39,591 nucleotides of DNA from Candidatus Woesearchaeota archaeon. GTDB lineage: Archaea > Nanobdellota > Nanobdellia > SCGC-AAA011-G17 > ARS1403. The stretch's first letter is position 1; the number at the start of each line of letters is the position of its first letter. The translations under genes and the position numbers were made by a program. Location: positions 1-39,591 of the forward strand of contig CAYJRS010000002.1 of the NCBI GenBank assembly GCA_964372845.1, given 5' to 3'. Positions 7,140 through 16,211 of this stretch are shown one piece after another. Under the pieces are notes generated by a model. It saw nothing but the letters and a program-made list of their open reading frames with translations, was not told the DNA's origin and searched no databases.

Positions 7140-8852
7140 TTAGTGTTCTGAAAGTCTGTAATATAAAACTTGAATCATAAGTTCGTGCTGTAATGGGTTG
7201 TTCATCATGGATTCCATGTTTGTTTTTAATACGTCTTCTATAATTCTTTTATAGTGTTTATTTTTTTCATATTTGTTTAGCTTGTATAATGCAAGGAGCA
7301 TCATCGATGTCCCTGATGGGATAACACTATCTTGCGTCGTTGGAATTTTGAGGTAAAGTTTCTCGTGAAGCTTTGAAGTAAATGAAAACTCTCCTTTATC
7401 CTTGTAGAATAATTTTAGTGTTGTCTCTGCTAGATTATTAGCTTCCTTAAGATATTTTTTATTTTTTGATGCCTCGTATATGTCTAATAATGCATTCGCA
7501 AAAAATGAATAATCCTCTAGAAAGCCTGCTAAATTTTTCTTTCCATAAATTCTAAGAAGTTTTTCTCTATTTAAGCAATCCTTTAATATTTTTTCTGTTA
7601 TCTGCTCTGCTATTTCCAATGCATCTTTATTTTGAAAAGTTCTGCTGTATGCTGCTAGCGCTGAAATGACTAATGCATTCCAAGAGACAATTATTTTTGT
7701 GTCTGTTGCAGGGGACCCTCTTTTGTTTCTGTAAATTAACAGAGATTTCTTGTCTTGCTCGATTTTTCTTTTTTCATCTTCTGTAAGATTATCACTCATT
7801 ACGTGCAAAATGTTTTTTCCTTCATAATTTCCTTGCTTTGTGACGTTGAAGTATTTTATGAAGAGCTCAGGATCTTTTGTATTTTGCTTAACTTCATCGT
7901 ATGTAAATAGATAAAACTTTCCCTCTTCGCCTTCAGAATCTGCATCCTGTCCTGAGTAAAAACCGTTTTCTGATAGCAGGTAATTTTTAAGATAATTATA
8001 TATTCCATCAGCTTTTTCTTTAAAATAAATATCTTTAGTTTTAACATAATTCTTCGCATAGGCAATTAATAGCAATGCATTGTCATAAAGAGTTTTTTCA
8101 AAATGTGGAATCAGCCAAAGTTCATCAGTTGAATACCTGGAGAAGCCTCCTGCTAAATGATCATAAATTCCTCCATTGCCGATTTTCTTTAATGTATGAG
8201 ATACTTTATCGATGTGCTTTTTCTGTTCAATATTAAATAACAAAGAAAGGGTTATAGGAAATTTTGGTGCCCCCGTAAATCCACCATTCTCATCATCATA
8301 GTAGTGCTCAAACAATTCATTGAAATTACTGATAGGCTCGTATGAAAGCTCTCTAGGCTTTGGTTGTTTTTTTTCAAATAAAAATTTCCTGTTTAGATTT
8401 GCTTCAGAATCAAACTGCTTCTTAATCTGCTTAAGCAATGAAAGAAAAGAGGGCATATTATATCTTTCCTCTTTTGGAAAATAAGTTCCTGCAAAAAATG
8501 GTTTCAAGTCTGGAAATAAAAAGATATTCAGAGGCCATCCACCTGATCCTGTTGTATTTATTGCAAACTGCATATACGCTGCATCAATATCCGGCCTTTC
8601 TTCCCTATCAACTTTTATTGAAATAAAATATTTATTTAAAAAAGATGCCGTTTCTTCATCTTCAAAGGATTCTTTTTCCATCACGTGACACCAATGGCAG
8701 GTTGAATACCCAATTGAAAGGAATATCGACTTATTTTCTCTTTTTGATTTTTCCAGCGCTTCTTTACCCCAAGGATACCAGTTTACAGGATTATATGCAT
8801 GCTGTAGCAAATATGGAGACGTTTCTTTGATCAATTTATTTGGATTCTTCAT
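7140..8852 (-). CDS. Thioredoxin-domain protein, DUF255 / YyaL family
   Basis: N-terminal [13 protein letters not shown] motif and a long alpha-toroid-like C-terminal region; 570 aa. Confidence 0.9.
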   Translation of the reverse strand: MKNPNKLIKETSPYLLQHAYNPVNWYPWGKEALEKSKRENKSIFLSIGYSTCHWCHVMEKESFEDEETASFLNKYFISIKVDREERPDIDAAYMQFAINTTGSGGWPLNIFLFPDLKPFFAGTYFPKEERYNMPSFLSLLKQIKKQFDSEANLNRKFLFEKKQPKPRELSYEPISNFNELFEHYYDDENGGFTGAPKFPITLSLLFNIEQKKHIDKVSHTLKKIGNGGIYDHLAGGFSRYSTDELWLIPHFEKTLYDNALLLIAYAKNYVKTKDIYFKEKADGIYNYLKNYLLSENGFYSGQDADSEGEEGKFYLFTYDEVKQNTKDPELFIKYFNVTKQGNYEGKNILHVMSDNLTEDEKRKIEQDKKSLLIYRNKRGSPATDTKIIVSWNALVISALAAYSRTFQNKDALEIAEQITEKILKDCLNREKLLRIYGKKNLAGFLEDYSFFANALLDIYEASKNKKYLKEANNLAETTLKLFYKDKGEFSFTSKLHEKLYLKIPTTQDSVIPSGTSMMLLALYKLNKYEKNKHYKRIIEDVLKTNMESMMNNPLQHELMIQVLYYRLSEH

Positions 8853-9210
8853 TTTTGTTGCAGTTTTCTTAATTGCAAAGCTTTAAATAATTCCTAAGTA
8901 TTTTAAGATTATGGCAATGAGAAGAGAAGATACAAGGAGGGAACATAATAGTTTTGTGGAGAGTATGCTGAAGAAAGCTGAGGAGAAAAACACAATCAAA
9001 CCGCAGTCTTTGTATGACAGTGTTGATGTTAAAAAAATCCAAGAATTGACTGCAGAAATAAAAAGTGGCAGCACTGCCCATAGAACTAAAAGACAGGATT
9101 TTTAATTTTTTTATTCTTTTTCTAAACTTTTATTAAGATTACAACTATGAGCGGTTAAACTCCTTTCAGGTACAGACAAGTTTATATATTTTATGTTCCT
9201 AAATAAAACC

Positions 9211-9369
9211 ATGAAAATAAGGGAAGTTCTAGATAAGAAGATTGGAAGTACAGAGTATACAAGATTCATAACTACTTTACCAAAGGATATAGTTAAAGAA
9301 TCAAGACTTCTTGGCAAACAGCTAAAGGCAATAGCTAAAAAAGGAAAAATAATTCTCGAAGAAGAATAA
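9211..9369 (+). CDS. Possible 52-aa AbrB/SpoVT-like protein
   Basis: MKIREVLDKKIGSTEYTRFITTLPKDIVKESRLLGK... contains an AbrB-like TLPKDIV motif. TTTATATA lies about 25 nt upstream. Below the ORF-track cutoff. Confidence 0.4.
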   Translation: MKIREVLDKKIGSTEYTRFITTLPKDIVKESRLLGKQLKAIAKKGKIILEEE

Positions 9370-9504
9370 CTCTTTCATGTACCGAAAGCTTTATATACCT
9401 GTACTTTCTAAAAAAACCGTCCTTCATTAAGGAATAGCTGTAAAACAAATTCTTTGCTTTTGAGACGAAAGTCGGAAGGAAAAAAATTAGACAGAGGCAG
9501 TTAA

Positions 9505-10347
9505 ATGAAGAGTCTAAATGAGAGAATTGAGGGTGCTGAAATATTCTTGGATAAAGGCAGGAATAGAAGGAAATATTTTAACGGGATTTTAATAGGCACC
9601 CTGCTAGCATTATCGTATCCAAGCTTAAACAAAATTACTGAATACAAAGTTCCTTCAATACAAGAATTTAGAAAAGAGCTGAGAAAACCTTATAATGGAA
9701 GAAGAGATGATGTTTTTTCTCTTGAAGCAATTACCGACGACAGTTTAAGGATCGCTGTTGTTAACCACTATAATGACATTAAAGATAGTGATGTTGAGAA
9801 AGTTGTCGGGCGCATTGATGGCAGATTTAGAAATATAATCGATCATGCTTCAGATAATTATAATCTTGATCCTATCCTAGTTAAGGGGCTGGCTTATCAG
9901 GAATCTACTGGAGATCCTAGAGCTATATCACCGAAAGGGGCACTAGGGTTAATGCAGATTATGCCAAATACAGTATACGAGATTATAAGAAAATACCTAA
10001 AGAATGATAAGATAAAGCAGGAGATAATACCTAAAAGGAGAATATTGAAAGAGAGAGTAATGGCTCCAAAATATAACATAGAGATGGGCGCGAGCTATTT
10101 GTCTGGTTTAATTGACATGTATGACGGCAATGTTATCTTAGGACTTGCTGCATATAACTTAGGTCCTTCAGAGGTCAATGGAATCTTGAAAATGGCCAGT
10201 ATGAAGCCCGAGGAAGCTCACTGGCACAAGATAAAATATTTATTGCCGAGGGAGACAAGGGAGTTTATTCCTAAAGTGTTTAGCAAGGCGCTGAAGATAA
10301 GAGAGAATTATATGCATAATAAAGATAAGACAAATCAATATCATTAA
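9505..10347 (+). CDS. Lytic transglycosylase (SLT domain) with N-terminal membrane anchor
   Basis: AYQESTGDPRAISPKGALGLMQIMP (catalytic E-S, GLMQ) and AAYNLGP. Confidence 0.85.
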   Translation: MKSLNERIEGAEIFLDKGRNRRKYFNGILIGTLLALSYPSLNKITEYKVPSIQEFRKELRKPYNGRRDDVFSLEAITDDSLRIAVVNHYNDIKDSDVEKVVGRIDGRFRNIIDHASDNYNLDPILVKGLAYQESTGDPRAISPKGALGLMQIMPNTVYEIIRKYLKNDKIKQEIIPKRRILKERVMAPKYNIEMGASYLSGLIDMYDGNVILGLAAYNLGPSEVNGILKMASMKPEEAHWHKIKYLLPRETREFIPKVFSKALKIRENYMHNKDKTNQYH

Positions 10348-10422
10348 AACAATAATTATTTTCTAGTGCTAAAGGAAAAGGTTATAAAGTATCTGTGTTT
10401 TCTCTTTTTCCGGGGTTGAATT

Positions 10423-10737
10423 ATGGCTTTTGTTAAAGTTGCTTCTAAAAATGAGATTGAAAGCGGAAGAGGAAAAACTGTTGACGTTAATGGGAAAGAA
10501 GTTGCTGTGTTAAATGATAATGGAAAATTTTTCGCCATTGAAAACACCTGCGCGCATATGCAAGGTCCTTTGGGAGAAGGAAGTTGCGAAAACGGAAAAG
10601 TTACTTGTCCCTGGCATTCATGGACATATGATTTAAAAACTGGAAAAAATACTTATAATCAAGATATTAAATTAAGTGTTTATGAAACTAAAGTTCAGGG
10701 GGATGATGTTTTAATAAATACTGAGCCTAAAAAATAA
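10423..10737 (+). CDS. Rieske [2Fe-2S] domain protein (NirD-like)
   Basis: CAHMQGPL ... CPWHSW (CxH ... CxxH). Confidence 0.85.
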   Translation: MAFVKVASKNEIESGRGKTVDVNGKEVAVLNDNGKFFAIENTCAHMQGPLGEGSCENGKVTCPWHSWTYDLKTGKNTYNQDIKLSVYETKVQGDDVLINTEPKK

Positions 10738-10749
10738 AGGAGGAAATAA

Positions 10750-11352
10750 ATGCACACTCTACCAAAACTGCCATATGAGTACAATTCTTTAGAGCCCTAT
10801 TTTGATAAAGAAACAATGATTCTGCATCATACAAAACATCATCAAACATATATTGATAAATTGAATGCAGCTTTGGAAAAATATCCGCATTTGCAGGACA
10901 GAAAAATTGAGGATATGTTAAAAGTCTTGAGCGCAGTCCCAGAGGAGATAAGAACTGCTGTTAGGAATCACGGCGGTGGGCATTACAATCATTCTATATG
11001 GTGGCTGATGCTAAAAAAGAATATAAAGTTTTCAGGAGACATTGCTAAAACCATAGAAAAAAAATTTGGAAGCTATGACGAATTCAAGAAAAAATTTACA
11101 GAAGCTGCCTTAACAAGATTCGGAAGTGGATGGGCATGGCTTGTTGTTGATAAGGGAAAATTGGAAATCATTTCAACTGGAAATCAGGATTCTCCTCTGA
11201 GTGAAGGAAAAATTCCTATCTTAGGAGTTGATGTCTGGGAGCATTCATATTATAAAAAATACGGTCCTAACCGAGCTGGCTATGTTGAAGCATTTTTCAA
11301 TATAATAAATTGGGAACAAGTCAATGAAAATTTTAAGAAGGCTAAAAAGTAA
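10750..11352 (+). CDS. sod: Fe/Mn superoxide dismutase
   Basis: [13 protein letters not shown]-type GSGWAWL, and DVWEHSYY. Confidence 0.95.
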   Translation: MHTLPKLPYEYNSLEPYFDKETMILHHTKHHQTYIDKLNAALEKYPHLQDRKIEDMLKVLSAVPEEIRTAVRNHGGGHYNHSIWWLMLKKNIKFSGDIAKTIEKKFGSYDEFKKKFTEAALTRFGSGWAWLVVDKGKLEIISTGNQDSPLSEGKIPILGVDVWEHSYYKKYGPNRAGYVEAFFNIINWEQVNENFKKAKK

Positions 11353-12291
11353 TTATTTTTTTATTATTTTCTTTAATGTGTTGTATTCTTTCATAAATAA
11401 TTCTAAGGTTGGCTTTAGATCTTGTCTTTTCTGGTATGCCTGCAGTGAATTATAATACCCTATTCTGTTTTTAAAATTGATGTTTATTGGCGGCAGATTG
11501 TGCTTTATTAATATGTTATTAAGTAAAATTCTTCCTACTCTGCCATTTCCATCTCTAAACGGGTGAATGTTTTCAAATTGGTTATGAACAACAGCAGCTA
11601 AGACTAAAGCAGGGTATTTATTTTTATTTTTCTCATACCATTCAATCAATTCTTTTAATAAATAATTAATCCTTGCTTGTGATGCTCCTTCGTGAACAAC
11701 AACCCCTTTGCTATCAATCACAGCTACTTCTTCTCCTTTCTTTCTTAGCTTTCCTGCAAAAGGTTTAGAGTTCTTGAAAATAATTTTATGAATTTCTTTG
11801 ATTAGTTCAATTGAAATATGTTCTTTTGTTTTTCTTATAAATGCTATTGCTTCATTTACTCCATATGCCTCAGCAATATCCTCTTTTGACTTGTCAGGCC
11901 ATTTGTCTCTTTCTAATATATCTTTTACTTCAATTTCATTTAGTTTGCTTCCTTCTATTGCATTTGTATTATAAGTAAACAGCTCAGAGAAGACTTTCCA
12001 TTGCCCTTCTGAAAGACGAGGGATTCTTATAGGTATTTCTTTTTCAAGCCTTTCTGCGAATTTTATTTCGTCTTTTGAGAGCTCAAATTTCAAAGGATCT
12101 TTTATCACATTATATCTATATATTTCTTCTAGAATCAGCTTTTCAGCAATCTGCTTTCTTTCTTTTAATTTTTCCGGCTTTAAATCCTGACCTAGATATT
12201 TCCTGAACTTATGGACTTTACTGCCTTCCCTAAGTGAGTGAGAGAGATAATACTTTATTTTGCCTTTTGATTTTCTTTTTTCTATGTGCAT
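11353..12291 (-). CDS. Fic-family protein (AMPylase-type motif)
   Basis: HPFRDGNGRVGR matches HxFx(D/E)GNGRxxR. Confidence 0.9.
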   Translation of the reverse strand: MHIEKRKSKGKIKYYLSHSLREGSKVHKFRKYLGQDLKPEKLKERKQIAEKLILEEIYRYNVIKDPLKFELSKDEIKFAERLEKEIPIRIPRLSEGQWKVFSELFTYNTNAIEGSKLNEIEVKDILERDKWPDKSKEDIAEAYGVNEAIAFIRKTKEHISIELIKEIHKIIFKNSKPFAGKLRKKGEEVAVIDSKGVVVHEGASQARINYLLKELIEWYEKNKNKYPALVLAAVVHNQFENIHPFRDGNGRVGRILLNNILIKHNLPPININFKNRIGYYNSLQAYQKRQDLKPTLELFMKEYNTLKKIIKK

Positions 12292-12296
12292 AGATA

Positions 12297-12366
12297 TATT
12301 ATGGGTGACTACATTTATAAATGTTTTTATTATGGGTGACTACACTTCAGTTATTTTGTGGTCACC
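12297..12366. promoter_or_regulatory. Operator-like repeats in the fic / aldo-keto reductase divergent intergenic region
   Basis: Perfect 17-nt direct repeat TATTATGGGTGACTACA at 12297-12313 and 12328-12344 (31-nt period). An inverted partial copy GTGGTCACC lies at 12358-12366. TTTATAAAT sits between the direct repeats. Confidence 0.5.
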
Positions 12367-12426
12367 TAAAAGAAGCCATATTTCTGTGATAAATAACTTT
12401 TTATATCTTATTTTCTCTTTTAGATT

Positions 12427-13245
12427 ATGCAAACAATAAAGCTTGCTTCTGGATATGAAATGCCTGTACTAGGACTAGGTACTTGGCAGTTAACAGGAAG
12501 AAGATGCAAGGAAGCTGTGAAAAAAGCAGTTGAGTTAGGATATAGACATATTGATACTGCTTGGATTTATGATAATCAGGAAGATGTTGGAAATGCAATT
12601 AAAGAATCTTGGATTAAAAGAGAAAAATTATTTATAACATCAAAAGTTTGGACAGACAACTTAAGGTATGAAGATGTGTTGGAGCAGTGCAAGGAAACAT
12701 TAAATCAACTAAAGTTAGATTATCTTGACTTGTATCTGATACACTGGCCTAATAGCGATGTGCCTTTGGAAGAAACGTTTAGGGCATTTAAAAAATTAGT
12801 GAATGATAAAAAAGTTAGAAGCATTGGTGTTAGCAATTTTAATATAGCCAGAGTTAGAGAGGCAAAGGAAAAAAGTGAAATTCCAGTTTCTGTGAATCAA
12901 GTTGAATATCATCCTTACCTGAACCAGGAATCTTTATTAGAGGAATGCAAGAAAAATAAAATTACTTTAACAGCTTACTCTCCCTTGGCAAGAGGAAACA
13001 TCATTAATGATAAAGTTTTGAAAGCTGCTGCAGAGAAATATAATAAAACTACTTCTCAAGTTGCATTGCGCTGGCTACTGCAGAAAAACATTATTGCAAT
13101 TCCAAAAGCAAGCTCTGAAGATCATTTAAAAGAAAATTTGAATATTTTTGATTTTGAATTGGAAAAAGAAGAAATAGAAAAAATAAATAAAATAAACATT
13201 AGGAAAAGATTGGTAAATCCTGGGTTTAGTGAGTTTGAAGATTAG
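12427..13245 (+). CDS. Aldo/keto reductase
   Basis: GYRHIDTA, LIHWP, NQVEYHP; 272 aa. Confidence 0.9.
   Translation: MQTIKLASGYEMPVLGLGTWQLTGRRCKEAVKKAVELGYRHIDTAWIYDNQEDVGNAIKESWIKREKLFITSKVWTDNLRYEDVLEQCKETLNQLKLDYLDLYLIHWPNSDVPLEETFRAFKKLVNDKKVRSIGVSNFNIARVREAKEKSEIPVSVNQVEYHPYLNQESLLEECKKNKITLTAYSPLARGNIINDKVLKAAAEKYNKTTSQVALRWLLQKNIIAIPKASSEDHLKENLNIFDFELEKEEIEKINKINIRKRLVNPGFSEFED
13210..13245 (+). repeat. Aldo-keto reductase 3' end, copy 1 (in-gene)
   Basis: Encodes LVNPGFSEFED-stop. Imperfectly repeated at 13834-13869 (26/36 nt; 7/11 residues identical). Confidence 0.7.
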
Positions 13246-13280
13246 AAAGATTTAATAATTAGCCGCACTATTCTCATAAC

Positions 13281-13469
13281 ATGAAAAGTTTAGAAAAAAT
13301 CAAAAATAAATATGTAGGGAAATGGATTGCTTTATCCGGCGGAAAGGTTGTAGCGGTTAATTCCGACTACCATGAGTTGCATAAAGATTTAAAGGAAAAG
13401 AATTTTAGAGATATTTACGTTGTTTATTCTCCAAGTCCTGAAGATAAAAAATATGAAACCATGCTGTAA
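13281..13469 (+). CDS. DUF5678-like small protein
   Basis: KYVGKWIALSGGKVVAVNSDYHELHKDL. The stop is directly followed by the next ATG (TAAATG). Confidence 0.6.
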   Translation: MKSLEKIKNKYVGKWIALSGGKVVAVNSDYHELHKDLKEKNFRDIYVVYSPSPEDKKYETML

Positions 13470-13841
13470 ATGAGGTATTACAATAAATTAAAAGTTAAAG
13501 CTATTTTTTCTAAGAGAAACTTGAGATATGCTGAAGATGCTATTATTGATACAGGCTCTTCAGTTACAATTATTCCTCCTGAAATAGCGGATTATCTAGA
13601 ATTTGAACCGGATAAAGAAAACCCTTCAATGAAAATAGTTACTGGTTCTGGAATATTAGAAATTCCAAGAAAAATAGCAACAACAATGAAAATTAATGAT
13701 TTGGTGTTTACAGATTTTCCTGTTGGAGTGCATGAGTTACCTAAAGAAGTTGAGACTAAAGTTCTAATAGGGATGGACATTATTAATCAAATAAAACTAA
13801 TAGTTAATGGGAAGAATAGAGAGTTTGAAATCATTAGTTAA
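13470..13841 (+). CDS. Retropepsin-like (clan AA) aspartic protease
   Basis: AIIDTGSSVTIIP (D-T/S-G active site) and the later LIGMDIINQ flap/dimer region; 123 aa. Confidence 0.75.
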   Translation: MRYYNKLKVKAIFSKRNLRYAEDAIIDTGSSVTIIPPEIADYLEFEPDKENPSMKIVTGSGILEIPRKIATTMKINDLVFTDFPVGVHELPKEVETKVLIGMDIINQIKLIVNGKNREFEIIS

Positions 13842-13869
13842 TCCTGAATTTAGTGAACTCGAAAATTGA
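13834..13869 (+). repeat. Displaced copy of the aldo-keto reductase 3' end (out of frame with the protease gene)
   Basis: Reads LVNPEFSELEN-stop in its own frame, versus LVNPGFSEFED-stop at 13210-13245. Confidence 0.7.
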
Positions 13870-13870
13870 G

Positions 13871-13919
13871 TTTTAACCGCTTCGCTGATGGACAACGAAG
13901 TTTTCCATGAGCCTTTCCT
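13871..13919 (-). repeat. Intergenic hairpin-repeat family, copy A
   Basis: TTTTAACCGCTTCGCTG-ATGGACAAC-GAA-GTTTTCCAT-GAGCCTTTCC. It starts 1 nt after the stop of the displaced reductase end. Confidence 0.75.
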
Positions 13920-13980
13920 TTTACAACATAATATTCATAACATATAAAAAAATAAATACTAAAAATACCTGAATAGGTTT

Positions 13981-14358
13981 ATGGGTAAATTAATTTATTG
14001 TGCAACACCTTCTAGATTAGTTCATAGGATTGAAGATATTATGGACTTTGTTACAAAAAACGATTATGCTCCTTTGCATCCATTTCAAGCATTTCCTTAT
14101 GAGAGATTTGAAGGAAATCCGAAAATTGGGAGGGACAAATCGATGGAATGGTGTTTGAGGCTTATCGATGTAAGCGACGAATTCTGGATGTTTGGAATAT
14201 CTGATGGAACATTAATTGAAGTTGTACATGCAATAAATATTATGAAACCGATTAGTTTACAACTTGAGGGTTTTGATCCGGATTGGAAAAGAGTTTATAA
14301 AAAATTAGGTTCGAAATATAAGAATCCCATAGATCCTTTTCTTTATACGCTTAAATAA
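13981..14358 (+). CDS. Hypothetical protein
   Basis: 125-aa ORF in a clean intergenic context; no motif recognised with confidence. Confidence 0.55.
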   Translation: MGKLIYCATPSRLVHRIEDIMDFVTKNDYAPLHPFQAFPYERFEGNPKIGRDKSMEWCLRLIDVSDEFWMFGISDGTLIEVVHAINIMKPISLQLEGFDPDWKRVYKKLGSKYKNPIDPFLYTLK

Positions 14359-14411
14359 AATTATATTACCATAACAAACTTTATAAATGTTCACAATAGT
14401 CTACTTTCACT

Positions 14412-14789
14412 ATGAAACATACTTTTTTACAGCCTCAGGAGATTGAAGTCTTCTATATCTTGCCTGCTTTAAGAAGACATTTAGCTATGTATATGAAATT
14501 GCAAGGTTTGAAGCAGAACAAAATAGCTGAAATATTGCATATTGAAAAATCAGCTGTAAGCCAGTATATAAAAAAGAAAAGAGGGAACAATGTTGAATTT
14601 AGCGAGAATGTTTTGAATGAGATTGCGAAGTCAGCCTCTAAAATAAGAGATGAGTTTAGTTTGTTAGGGGAGACTCAAAGATTATTAAGATTGATAAAAA
14701 GCTCAGGTGATTTGTGCCGGATTCATAAGAATATTTCCAGTATACCAGAAGACTGTGAGCCTGAAAAAATAAATTGTTTTGGGGTTTAA
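14412..14789 (+). CDS. HTH transcriptional regulator with C-terminal Cys cluster, upstream of the suf operon
   Basis: HTH-like NKIAEILHIEKSAVSQYIKKKRG. C-terminal C-x12-C-x6-C (LCRIHKNISSIPEDCEPEKINC). Confidence 0.7.
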   Translation: MKHTFLQPQEIEVFYILPALRRHLAMYMKLQGLKQNKIAEILHIEKSAVSQYIKKKRGNNVEFSENVLNEIAKSASKIRDEFSLLGETQRLLRLIKSSGDLCRIHKNISSIPEDCEPEKINCFGV

Positions 14790-14790
14790 A

Positions 14791-16209
14791 ATGGCTGAAG
14801 AAATAAATATGCAGGATTTTACTATCGATAGGAGCAGGTACGATGATGCTCTTGTTATGGAAAATGAGTTTGAGGCAGCTGAAGGATTGAATGAAGAACT
14901 TGTCAGAGAGATTTCTAGAGACAAAAATGAGCCAGAGTGGATGCTGAAAAAAAGACTGCAGGGATTAGATTGGTTTAACAAAACTCCTTTGCCTAACTGG
15001 GGGCCAAGAGAAGTGAGGGAGAAGCTGGACTTAAATAAAATAAAATACTATATCAAGCCCGGAGCTAAAGAAGCAAGAAACTGGGGGGATGTTCCAGAAG
15101 AGATAAGAAAAGTTGCTGAAAGGATTGGAATTCCCGAGGCTGAAAGAAGAGAACTTGGAGGAGCTGGGTTTCAATTCGATTCGCAGATGGCTTATCATAA
15201 TTTAAGAAAAGAATTGGAAGAGCAGGGAGTTGTATTTGAAAACATGGATGTTGCTCTGCAGAAATATCCTGAGCTTGTTAAAAAATATTTTATGACTTCT
15301 TGCATACCTATTAATGATCATAAATTTATAATGCTGCATGCTGCTGTTTGGAGCGGTGGAACTTTTATTTATATTCCTGAAAATGTGAAAGTTAGAATTC
15401 CTTTGCAAGCATATTTTAGAATGAATGCAAGATCTGGAGGACAATTTGAGCACACTTTAATAATTGCTGATAAAAATTCTGAGGTAGTATATATCGAGGG
15501 CTGTTCAGCACCAGTGTATTCTGAAAATGCACTGCATGCTGGATGCGTCGAGATACATGTTTTGGAAGGAGCTAGAGTAAGATATATGAGCGTCGAGAAT
15601 TGGAGCAGAAACACGTTTAATTTGAATACAAAGAGAGCAATTGTCCAGAAAAATGGAATTGTTGAGTGGTTAAATGGAAATATGGGATCGGGAGTTACTA
15701 TGCTCTATCCCTGCTCTGTTCTCGTTGGTGAGAATGCTAAATCTGATTCTCTAGGAATTGCATTTGCTGGACCAGGACAGAACCAAGATACTGGAAGCAA
15801 AGTTATCCATGCAGCTCCTAACACTTATTCGACGATAAAAGCAAAGAGTATAAGTAAAGGTGGAGGGATCTCAAGCTATAGGGGGTTGGTGAAAGTAAAT
15901 AAAAATGCAAGGAATACAAAATGCAGCGTTAACTGCGATGCTCTGCTAATTGATGATAAATCCATATCGAATACTTTTCCATTTATGAAAATTGATACTA
16001 ATGAAGTTGACATTGCCCATGAGGCCTCTGTTGGAAGAATTGGCGACGACGAAATCTTTTATTTAATGTCCCGCGGCTTAAGTAAAGAGCAGGCAATACA
16101 GATGGTTGTTGCTGGCTTCATCGAGCCTGTGGTGAAGCAACTGCCTCTTGAATATGCTGTTGAATTGAATAAACTAATTGAATTAGAAATGGAAGGAAGC
16201 GTCGGCTGA
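14791..16209 (+). CDS. sufB: Fe-S cluster assembly protein SufB
   Basis: Typical SufB length and C-terminal motifs (HEASVGRIGDDEIFYLMSRGL). An alternative ATG at 14779 overlaps the regulator. Confidence 0.95.
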   Translation: MAEEINMQDFTIDRSRYDDALVMENEFEAAEGLNEELVREISRDKNEPEWMLKKRLQGLDWFNKTPLPNWGPREVREKLDLNKIKYYIKPGAKEARNWGDVPEEIRKVAERIGIPEAERRELGGAGFQFDSQMAYHNLRKELEEQGVVFENMDVALQKYPELVKKYFMTSCIPINDHKFIMLHAAVWSGGTFIYIPENVKVRIPLQAYFRMNARSGGQFEHTLIIADKNSEVVYIEGCSAPVYSENALHAGCVEIHVLEGARVRYMSVENWSRNTFNLNTKRAIVQKNGIVEWLNGNMGSGVTMLYPCSVLVGENAKSDSLGIAFAGPGQNQDTGSKVIHAAPNTYSTIKAKSISKGGGISSYRGLVKVNKNARNTKCSVNCDALLIDDKSISNTFPFMKIDTNEVDIAHEASVGRIGDDEIFYLMSRGLSKEQAIQMVVAGFIEPVVKQLPLEYAVELNKLIELEMEGSVG

Positions 16210-16211
16210 AG

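Noticed and set aside
8869-9317. ORFs 8869-9081(-), 8883-9074(-), 8911-9105(+), 9111-9317(-)
   Set aside because: They are mutually overlapping frames in an intergenic-looking AT-rich stretch with no motifs or ribosome-binding sites. Only the 52-aa AbrB-like ORF at 9211-9369 has a plausible promoter context. 8911-9105 cannot be excluded but is unsupported.
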